A stretch of 64,000 nucleotides of DNA, taken from NCBI GenBank assembly GCA_002269645.1, contig NIVC01000268.1, positions 655,647-719,646 of the forward strand, written 5' to 3'. Below are positions 34,539 through 47,934 of the stretch, one piece after another. The notes under the pieces are model-generated. The model was given only the letters and a program-made list of their open reading frames with translations, searched no databases and was not told where the DNA came from. The position numbers and the translations under genes are program-made. The stretch comes from Macrostomum lignano (lineage: Eukaryota). The number at the start of each line of letters is the position of its first letter. Within the stretch, counting starts at the first letter, position 1.

Positions 34539-35356
34539 AAGCATTTGTTGACTTTTTGGAAGTTATTCTTTAAGTTCAGGAAGTAAGACGACCGGACTAT
34601 TTTTTACTAACAGTAATAGATCAAAACTGTTTTATTACTAAAGCCTATATTGCTCATATTTTAGTTTCTGAACACACTAAAGAAATATCTATCATTACGT
34701 AATCATAAATTAGTTGTTTACAGCTTCATCTGGATTTAGCTGCAAGCAAAAATCTTATCCTATATGCATTTAAAGCTGCGCATTTTAGGAAAATTGTTTG
34801 CTTCTGTTTTCTAGAGGAACTGCATCTAGGGTGCGTGGAAAAATATAATTATGATTGCTCAAACGCAACGGAGTCTTGAAAGATTTATTTAATCATAGGC
34901 TGGCAAACCAGCTGCACTGAGACTCGTTTTGATGGAGGGAAATTTTCCCGCGATTAGTTTGTATAAGCGACAGCTTCTCAGTTTTTTCTGAAGGTGACTT
35001 GTCTCCTTCTTTTCGCTTCATGCTGGTAGAGGACGAGGTCCGTGAGCTGGGGCTCAAACCCGGCATTGTGTGCTGGATTGACTTCATGATTCGGAACACA
35101 ACTGAGTGACTTCCAGCGTCATGGCTCGCAAAGGCGTATTCAGCACACCAGTGAAAGATGAGACAGGCTAGGACTATTGGCTACGGTCTGCGATGCTTCA
35201 CACCTGCCCCTATCTTCAGCTGCCCGGAGGTCTGCATCATCTATTTGCCTCTGGCAGCCGCAGACCCCCCCCATGTTGTCTCGCAAATCGACTCAATGCA
35301 CCCGTCCCCGCGTGTGTTCAAGGCAGACCCTAGGGCTGCTGGACAGACTGCAGGCT
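34535..35356. repeat. About 820-bp segmental duplicate, copy 2
   Basis: Near-identical to 28281-29103. Confidence 0.95.
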
Positions 35357-35358
35357 CC

Positions 35359-36690
35359 TGTCAGTGATGCACTTGTAACTAAAATTTATTGTACGCACAT
35401 CTGCGCCCCAGCCGCCCCGTCCCCCAATCATGTACGTTGCTATCGATTTCTCAGCCCCCCTCGCCCCTCTATATAATATGCTTTTTGGCACTCTTGAATA
35501 ATACACGTATCTCTCGGTTGCGCGTTCATTACATGGCGTCGCAAGCTAGCTAGACTCAGAGCATGGACCTGAAGCCACCCGAAGAGTTGGAGACGGACTC
35601 CAACGAGTCTTGGAAACGCTGGCGACAGAGATTTTTGATATACCTTAAGGCAACTGGAATTGTTGGCGAAGAGCGTCGAATAAATTTGTTTTTGCACCTG
35701 ATCGGTGACAATGGCCTTGACATTTATAACACCCTGGAGACAGAAATAGAAGAGGAAACAGCGGAGGGTGCAACGGCAAGGCGACCAATAGCTTTTGACG
35801 AGTTGCTGGAGCTATTCGATGAGCACTTCAGTCCGCGTACAAGCGAAGTCTTCGAGCGTTTAAGTTCTGGGAACGCGACCAGAAGGAGTCTGAGCCAGTC
35901 GACCTGTTTGTGACTGATTTGAAACGTCTGGCTGGAACGTGCAATTTCGAAACACAAAAAGAGAAAATGATTCGAGACAAGATTGTCCTGGGGTGCAACG
36001 ACTCACGAATGCGAGAGCGGCTACTTCGAGAACCGGACTTGGACCTGAGAACGGCAATTGACATGTGCAGAGCTGCAGAGTCCGCGCGACATCAGCTAAA
36101 GGAAGTCGAGAAAGGCCTAAACGTCGTAAGGTTGTCACCGGCTCCGGCAGCGCCTCGGCAGCAACAAATCCGCAACTCAGGGCGCCCAGTGTCGAGTACA
36201 GCGGCCCAGTCGACGGCGCAGGGCCAACCTGGCCAAAGTTCGAACCCGAGTCAACTTTAGGGACGCCTTCCTGGAGAAAGTCGCTGTCACAACTGCGGTT
36301 ACAGTCATCGTGATGGCAAGTGTCCGGCTTTCGGTAAGCGGTGTCTGTCCTGTGGCCGTCTGAACCACTTTCGCAGTCAATGTCGAAGCAACAATAACCG
36401 GAGGGTTATGACTGTAACAGCAGCTGAAGGTGAGGATGCCAGTGCTGGTGAAGAGGTGTATTTTATCGGAACGCTGCAGACTGATAATGGTTCCAGTTGG
36501 TTAGCAAAAGTTCAGCTTCCAGATGGTAAAAAGCTGCAATGCAAGCTAGACACCGGAGCAGAGGTGAGCGTGTTGCCAGCAGATTATTTCCCAGTCGGTG
36601 AGCAGTTGCTAAAAACTCACACTGTGCTGACGGCTTTTGGAGGAGCTCGCATTCCTGTCGTTGGAAAGTGTCGTTTGAAGGTCCCCTCAA
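35359..36690 (+). mobile_element. Ty3/Gypsy (Mag-like) LTR retrotransposon 5' part: short 5' LTR, PBS, gag with two CCHC knuckles, protease; truncated
   Basis: TGTCAG...TTACA LTR-like segment (about 35359-35533) followed by TGGCGTC PBS; gag WKRWRQRF..FLHLIG..MIRDKIVLG; CHNCGYSHRDGKC and CLSCGRLNHFRSQC; protease LDTGAEVSVL; frameshifts. Confidence 0.88.
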
Positions 36691-37520
36691 GGGATGCTGT
36701 CACTGACCACAGGAATTTCCTGGAGGTTCAATGCTACACGGACGGATCCATCAAAGACGGCCACGCTGGCTTTGGGGTCTGCATCATCATCAACGGCCGC
36801 GTCATTGCCACGCATGCCCAGCACTCTCCGGCAGACTCTCCACGGTCTTCCAGAACGAAGTCCTTGCTATCAGCTCCTGTCAGTCTGAAGTGGATCCCAG
36901 GGCACGCAGGGTTTCCAGGGAACGAGCTGGCAGACACCCTCGCCAAGAGGGGCGGCTCTGGCTCTTTCTCTGACCCTGTTCCCCTCGTCCCTATCCCTTC
37001 GACGGTCATCAATCGTCAGATCGATGACTGGGCTGACTCCCTCCACAGGGACAGATGGGCGGGCACCCAAAACTGCCGGAAATTTTGTGCCGCGGTTCCG
37101 TACCCCTCTCGCAGGCTCAGAAACGTCCTTCTGAACCAAAAATCGGAAGGATATTTGAGCCCTTGTCATGGCCTTTACCGGTCATGGCTACCTCGCCAGG
37201 CACTAATTCCTCCGAGGCGACCTCGAGAGTGAACTCTGCCCTTTTTGCGAGCACGACAATGAAGATGCTCAGCACTTTGTTTGTCACTGCCATTTCTTTA
37301 CCAGAGACCGGCTACGCTACCTCGGGCCAAACCCGTCCATTGACGAGGTCTGTTAGCCCATGCGGCTCATCCAGTTCCTTCGGACTGCAGGACGGACCGG
37401 CGGACCGCCCTGACTGGCCCCACGCCTCTGCCTGTCTGCGGGCCTTCAGGGGCTAGTGGAATGGGCCACCCTCGCCTCCCTGCTGTGTCTACGGACCACC
37501 CTGCAGCTAAGTCAAGTCAG
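36690..37520 (+). mobile_element. 3' fragment of an R1/LOA-like LINE (RNase H to 3' tail)
   Basis: CYTDGSIKDGHAGFG; WIPGHAGFPGNELADTLAKRG; CTGCAGCTAAGTCAAGTC tail as at 25.47 kb. Confidence 0.82.
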
Positions 37521-37529
37521 TCAAAAGGG

Positions 37530-38375
37530 CTGCTGCTTCTTCTTCTTATTCCAGACGCGGCCGGTCCGGTGATGCCGATAGGGCCGGGGGCTAGATGCGC
37601 CCCATCCTGCGTAGCAGTTCGAGAAGGGCCGCCGGGTTCCCCATCAGGTCCTCGGTCGGCGTGCCGCTGTGAGCTCTCCATGCGTCCCCGCGTGGGCATT
37701 GGTAGATCAGATGTTCGACGGTGTCCTCCATGCCGCAGTCGGGGCAGAGGGGGGACGTGTCGAGCCCCATACGATGGCGGGTGCTGCCGTTGATCACGCT
37801 GGCCCCCGCTCGGAGCTGGTTGATGAGCACCTGCACACGTCTCGTCAGGTCCTTCGGCGGGGGCCAGGCCGGGCCCATGACTGCGGCGTCGAGAGCTCGC
37901 CTACTACGGCGGATGGCCGCCTTGGCAGCGCTAAGTTGGATGGGCGTCCGGTTTTGGTCCAGGCCGGCCGCGCGGTTGGCCGCCTGGTCCGCTGCTTCGT
38001 TGCCGGACACATCGCAGTGGGCCGGCACCCAGCTGAATTTGACTCTGGTACGTGCCGCGCCTTTGGAGGTCGAGTTGGTGGTCCCAGCATTCAGCGGCGG
38101 TGCTGTCGGTCTGGCTGAGCGGGCCGGCGCTCAGGGCTGTGATGGCACTAAGCCTGTCAGTCGCTATTGTCAGTTCGGGGCGGTGGGCTTTCAGGGCCAG
38201 GCTCAGTGCTTCTCGGGTAGCAGTAAGCTCGGCTGTGAAGCTGCTGCAGTGGGCACCGGCCGCGGAAAGGTGTTCGACTGCGGCCGGTTCCCATTGGGCA
38301 ATGGTTGCCCCGCCTCCGTAGCCACAACCATCCTTGACCGAGCCGTCCGTCCAAATAACCGCCTGTTGCTAACCA
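37530..38375 (-). mobile_element. 3' fragment of a second LINE family (I-group-like; RNase H, Cys/His motif, AAG-repeat tail)
   Basis: VIWTDGSVKDG; PAHCDVSGNEAADQAA; LCPDCGMEDTVEHLIYQCP; (AAG)n tail at about 37535. Confidence 0.82.
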
Positions 38376-39720
38376 CCCGTCCACCAAGAGACACCTGTGT
38401 CATCCAAGCCGAAGACATACTACCTGGGAGGACTACCCTCATCGCCTCGGTTTACCTACCGGGCGAGTGACGGTGAGATGTTCCCGGAAGAGCTTGTCTC
38501 ATCGGTAGAGCTTTGCTCCACCAGGAATTATGAGCTGCTTGGGCAGATGACATCAACGCCCACCACACCCACTGGGGCAGTTCCGGTATAAACCAAAGAG
38601 GCGAAGACTTCCTGGCCTTGAGTTCTGCAACTCGGGCAGTACCCCCTACCTTTAACAACGGACGCCGATCGGATGTGTTGGATTCCACCCTTGCCACGCC
38701 CTACAGGCTTTTCCAGAGCACTAAGAAGTGGCGGCTGTTTCCTGAAGCGTCCCTATCTGATCACAAGTTCATCTTTTCAAGCTGGCCAGCACCCGGAACG
38801 CAGGTCGGCTGTACTGGAAACGAATGTTACAAATACCAACTGGACCACTTTCAGGTTTGTCTTGGAGATGACCTATCGTAGCACTAGCATTCCAGTCTCC
38901 ATCAACACCTGCGAGAAAGCAGTTGACTTTGCAATCGTTCTCACGGACTCGCTCACTGCTGCCTTCGAAGCTCGCTAAAGGCGTATAAAGGCAAACAGTC
39001 GGCCCCATGGCGGAACCCGCACCTTGGCGACCTCCGTCGCAGAGCCAAAAGGTTCCACCGCAGGGCCCGAAAAACTGAAAACCCGGCAAAATGTCTACCT
39101 GAACTCAATCCACGAGTTCAAGAGGCAGGTCAGGAACGTCAAAACTAAAAAGTGGCGCAAATACTGTGAGGAACTCGAGGGCTCCCGCCCCACCTCCAGG
39201 ATCGTTAAAGCGCTTAGGCTGGACAAGCCGCTCAGTGAAAACCAGCACGCCTTTCCGGCAGGCAGGTCCACGGAGAGCGCGCTACAAGTCTTGGTCGACG
39301 TGCTGAAGAAAGCTGTTGTGAGCAACGGTCAAGGCTCTTGCTGCCTACCTTGACACTGCTGGAGCCTTCGATAATGTTCTCTTCGAGACCGTTGACAGAG
39401 CTCTACGTGCTAGAGGAACCCACTCGCACTTTACCCGATGGATCATGTATATGATAAGCCACCGTACTGCCACTGCGCACCTGCTGGGCCAGCAACGGAC
39501 GGTAACCGTCTGCAAAGGCAGCCCCCAATGTGGTGTTCTCTCTCCAGTTCTCTGGAACATGGTCATCGATGAGCTCCTTCAGGACAGCCATCTTGACCCC
39601 ATCCTTAAGGTCGGTTACGCTGACGATGTCACAGTCGTGGCATCCGGGCCGTCACCCGAAACCCTCATAGACCTTTGTCAACACTTTATTCGCTCTGCTG
39701 AACAATTGGGCGACAGGTTG
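38375..39720 (+). mobile_element. Endonuclease and RT fragment of an R1/LOA-like LINE
   Basis: LIASVYLPG; LSDHKFIF; KKWRKYCEELEG; KGSPQCGVLSPVLWNMVIDELL; GYADDV. Confidence 0.85.
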
Positions 39721-39865
39721 CCTAGATGAAGTTTATTTTTCTAGATTCAGAGATCAGACAAGAAAGCTATAAGTATTTTAAAATGTTTTTTTTGAGAACG
39801 TTGGCTATTTTGCAGTTAATAGGAATGTGAGACAACAATTGTTTTTAACAGCTAAGATAACATAA

Positions 39866-40578
39866 CAGGTGAGTGACGCATCTACATGTGTGTCTAACAG
39901 GTGAGTGACGCATCTACAGGTGTGTCTAACAGGTGAGTGACGCATCTACAGGTGTGTCTAACAGGTGAGTGACGCATCCACAGGTGTGTCTAACAGGTAA
40001 ATGACGCATCCACAGGTGTGTCTAACAGGTAAATGACGCATCCACAGGTGTGTCTAACAGGTAAATGACGCATCCACAGGTGTGTCTAACAAATGAGTGA
40101 CGCATCTACAGGTGTGTCTAACAGGTGAGTGACGCATCTACATGTGTGTCTAACAGGTGAGTGACGCATCTACAGGTGTGTCTAACAGGTAAATGACGCA
40201 TCCACAGGTGTGTCTAACAGGTGAGTGACGCATCCACAGGTGTGTCTAACAGGTAAATGACGCATCCACAGGTGTGTCTAACAGGTAAATGACGCATCCA
40301 CAGGTGTGTCTAACAGGTGAGTGACGCATCCACAGGTGTGTCTAACAGGTGAGTGACGCATCCACAGGTGTGTCTAACAGGTAAATGACGCATCCACAGG
40401 TGTGTCTAATAGGTAAATGACGCATCCACAGGTGTGTCTAACAGGTAAATGACGCATCCACAGGTGTGTCAAACAGGTAAATGACGCATCCGCAGGTGTC
40501 TCTAACAGGTAAATGACGCATCCACAGGTGTGTCTAACAGGTGAGTGACGCATCTACAGGTGTGACTAACAGGTAAGT
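39866..40578. repeat. 32-bp satellite (ACAGGTGAGTGACGCATCTACAGGTGTGTCTA)
   Basis: Directly read; GTGAGT and GTAAAT variants alternate in blocks. Confidence 0.96.
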
Positions 40579-40841
40579 CTAAAATATGTGCCTAACAGGT
40601 TTCAGCAGATCTGTATAGCTAATCGAACCCATTATGAATCGAATTTTTTCACTTCAAATAGAAAAAATACCAAAGACCTTGTGAAAATAGTCAAAATATT
40701 TAAATGGCAATATTGAGTAGGCGCTGCATAAAATATCAAGTTGGAAAGCTTTTGTCAATTAGACGTGCTGTTTTCAATTATTAGGCTTTAGAATTCGTGA
40801 TTATTCCGCGAAATTGCCGTTTGCAGGTGTTTTCTCATAGC

Positions 40842-44336
<3,495 letters not shown>

Positions 44337-44770
44337 ATTTAGGCAACCTAATATAATTTTTTAATCTGGCTTGCCTTATTCAAACTGACAGGCACAAATT
44401 CGTACATTTAAATAGCTTCCTAGAAAATCGTCTTTCAGTCCTTACGAACTTCATTACAAAAGACGAGTTTGATTGAAATGTAAGACTGGAGTCGTCATGG
44501 CTACGTGGTAACAACAAACGACTGTAAGAACGTGAACAAAACCTTTAAATCCTTTGTCATCAACAATATTCAGTGTCTCAAAGGAATTAGAGATGCACAG
44601 TTACTTAAATTACCAAATTTGTTTCAACTAACTTACTTTAAACGCGTATATGGACCAAGTTCAGTTTTATATTTTACAAACGTTTTATCGATTTTATTTA
44701 GAGGCTTAGACTGCACTGAAGCAGGAGATTAAGTAAGGCAAACCGAGCTAGGGTTTTAAACGGTTAAGGA

Positions 44771-45430
44771 GAGTGAGATCCAGTAAGGAGAGAGTGAGAT
44801 GCAGATAGGGGAAAAACAGAGTGAGATGCAGATAGGGGAAAAACAGAGTGAGATGCAGATAGTGGAGAAACAGAGTGAGATGCAGATAGTGGAGAAACAG
44901 AGTGAGATGCAGATAGTGGAGAAACAGAGTGAGATGCAGATAGTGGAGAAACAGAGTGAGATGCAGATAGGGGAGAAACAGAGTGAGATGCAGATAGGGG
45001 AGAAACAGAGTGAGATGCAGATAGTGGAGAAACAGAGTGAGATGCAGATAGGGGAAAAACAGAGTGAGATGCAGATAGTGGAGAAACAGAGTGAGATGCA
45101 GATAGGGGAAAAACAGAGTGAGATGTAGATAGGGGAGACACAGAGTGAGATGCAGATAGGGGAGACACAGAGTGAGATGCAGATAGGGGAGACAGAGTGA
45201 GAGGCAGATAGGAGAGAAACAGTGAGATGCAGATAGGGGAGAAACAGAGTGAGATGCAGATAGGAGAGAAACAGAGTGAGATGTAGATAGGGGAGACACA
45301 GAGTGAGATGCAGATAGGAGAGAAACAGAGTGAGATGCAGATAGGGGAGAAACAGAGTGAGATGCAGATAGGGGAGTCTGAGAGTGAGATGCAGATAGGC
45401 GAGTCTGAGAGTGAGATGCAGATACGGCAG
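44771..45430. repeat. 27-bp purine-rich satellite (GAGTGAGATGCAGATAGTGGAGAAACA)
   Basis: Directly read. Confidence 0.95.
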
Positions 45431-45879
45431 ATTCACAGACAGGAAATTACTGGAGATACTTAGCGACAAAAATCAATAAAACGTGATAAGTTGTATTATC
45501 ATTGTTGTCACTTTGACGCGCACATTATGCAGCTATTAAAATTGCATAGCAACAAATATTTTAAACATTTATTACAGCATATATTTGAGAATAAGTATGC
45601 ATGTACATTTAATGTAACAAACAGGCGACAGCACATAACCCATAGAAAATAAATTTCAATTTATTATTAAAGCACTTTAACAATTAAGTGAGGCATCTGA
45701 CCGAAATTTTATGAAATTTTAACAATATTTTGACGGTTACATCAAGTCCAGCGTTTCACACATATATATTTACAGACGCATAGTGCTTATGCTTAAAACA
45801 AAAATATAATTATACTCAATACAATACTCAAACTATAACCCATTAGTAAAGCAAACAACAGAGCCTCACTCATAAAATC

Positions 45880-46228
45880 CTACCCTATGACACTCTATTA
45901 GCTACAAAATCTCACCCCATGAGACTATATTAGCTACAAAATCTCACCCTATGACACTCTATTAGCTACAAAATCTCACCCCATGAGACTATATTAGCTA
46001 CAAAATCTCACCCTATGACACTCTATTAGCTACAAAATCTCACCCCATGAGACTATATTAGCTACAAAATCTCACCCTATGACACTCTATTAGCTACAAA
46101 ATCTCACTCCATGAGACTATATTAGCTACAAAATCTCACCCTATCAGACTATATTAGCTACAAAATCTCACCCTATGAGACTATATTCGCTACAGAATCT
46201 CACCCTATGAGACTATATTAGCTACAAA
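45880..46228. repeat. 32-bp repeat with alternating variants (64-bp higher order)
   Basis: ACCCTATGACACTCTATTAGCTACAAAATCTC alternates with ACCCCATGAGACTATATTAGCTACAAAATCTC. Confidence 0.92.
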
Positions 46229-46283
46229 TTGATACACTGGATTGCTGAGCAATTTAAATTTCCCACAACACCAACCAGTCAGT

Positions 46284-46844
46284 CTAGTTGGCAGCCTGCC
46301 AGCTACCCATTCTAGCCTGATCAGCGGCAGCATTCACAGCTGTCACTAAGCTCTCCGGATCTTTCTGCTGTTTCAATCGTTCCCTTAGCAACTCGGCGAT
46401 AGCGCGCTGAGTTCGCCTTTCGAGTTTAGCCAGCCTCCGTTCCGCGCCTCGCTTCAAATCCCAATCCGGTTTCTTCGGTGCAATAGCGGTGATGTCAGAA
46501 TCGGCAGTTAGCAAGGGCTTCGGCTCGGCCGCTTTCAACTGATCGCCCAGACGAGATTCAACGTCAACCAAGTCAGGAGCGGGCAGGTGTCCGGCTGCCA
46601 GATGGTCAGTCTCGGCTTTGTAGTTGCGAAACACTGGCAGAACAGGTGGAGCCACCGGAATACCAGCTGGAGTGTCCACCGACTCTACTGTCGCTGCTGA
46701 TTCAGGGTTCAACTGTCGTTGGCGCAGTCGTTGCAGACGTTCTTTTCGTCGCATGGCCTCTTCGAGACCGGGAGCCGATACCATGCTCAATGACTGCTCA
46801 GTGTTGTTACTGTCATTGTCGTTGTTTCTACTGGGCATGGACAT
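46284..46844 (-). CDS. CCDC12: CCDC12/Cwf18 pre-mRNA splicing factor, intronless
   Basis: EEAMRRKERLQRLR; FRNYK; APKKPDWDLKR..KLERRTQRAIAELLRERLK. Confidence 0.93.
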   Translation of the reverse strand: MSMPSRNNDNDSNNTEQSLSMVSAPGLEEAMRRKERLQRLRQRQLNPESAATVESVDTPAGIPVAPPVLPVFRNYKAETDHLAAGHLPAPDLVDVESRLGDQLKAAEPKPLLTADSDITAIAPKKPDWDLKRGAERRLAKLERRTQRAIAELLRERLKQQKDPESLVTAVNAAADQARMGSWQAAN

Positions 46845-46944
46845 TGTCGCTTGGATAAGGACAGAACTGAAGCCTTCTCTTCAGCTGAAATGTCGTACAT
46901 AGGAGAATCAAGATACTTCAAGATGCTTCTACACACAAGACTGC

Positions 46945-47651
46945 TCCTACAGGATGCTTAGCCTGTCACTCTCCCTACAGGATGCTTAGCCTGTCACTCC
47001 CCCTACAGGATGCTTAGCCTGTCACTCCCCCTACAGTATGCTTAGCCTGTCACTCCCCCTACAGTATGCTTAGCCTGTCACTCCCCCTACAGGATGCTTA
47101 GCCTGTCACTCCCCCTACAGTATGCTTAGCCTGTCACTCCCCCTACAGGATGCTTAGCCTGTCACTCCCCCTACAGTATGCTTAGCCTGTCACTCCCCCT
47201 ACAGGATGCTTAGCCTGTCACTCTCCCTACAGTATGCTTAGCCTGTCACTCCCCTATAGGATGCTTAGCCTGTCACTCCCCCTATAGGATGCTTAGCCTG
47301 TCACTCCAGCTACAGACAGGATGAATAGCCTGTCACTCCCCCTATAGGATGCTTAGCCTGTCACTCCCCCTATAGGATGCTTAGCCTGTCACTCCAGCTA
47401 CAGACAGGATGAATAGCCTGTCACTCCAGCTACAGACAGGATGAATAGCCTGTCACTCCAGCTACAGACAGGATGAATAGCCTGTCACTCCAGCTACAGA
47501 CAGGATGAATAGCCTGTCACTCCAGCTACAGACAGGATGAATAGCCTGTCACTCCAGCTACAGACAGGATGAATAGTCTGTCACTCCAGCTACAGACAGG
47601 ATGAATAGTCTGTCACTACAGCTACAGACAGGATGCTTTGCCTGTCACTCC
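46945..47651. repeat. 28-bp satellite switching to a 32-bp derivative
   Basis: CCTACAGGATGCTTAGCCTGTCACTCCC, then CAGCTACAGACAGGATGAATAGCCTGTCACTC. Confidence 0.94.
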
Positions 47652-47934
47652 CTGAAACGCATAACTCGTAATTCAATACTAACGTAAGGTTTCCTGAATA
47701 CAGAGAATTTCTGAATAAAAACAGAATACACACGCTAGCTTATACTAACTAACAAAATTATAGCAAACACAGCAATGGAGGCCAAAACACGGATAAATTC
47801 CACGAAAACGCATGAGCCATCTACGAGGCCACAAACAAACTGTATTTATTGTTCAATCTGAACTTTGAACGAAATAACTTGAAACACCAAAACCAGTTAA
47901 TTGTTTTAATTAATTCGGCCCAGCAGTCAGTTAT

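Noticed and set aside
37591-38470. Overlapping GC-rich ORFs on both strands as novel genes
   Set aside because: Explained by LINE RNase H coding sequence and its antisense shadows
44748-45469. Membrane or coiled-coil repeat proteins
   Set aside because: Translations of a 27-bp satellite
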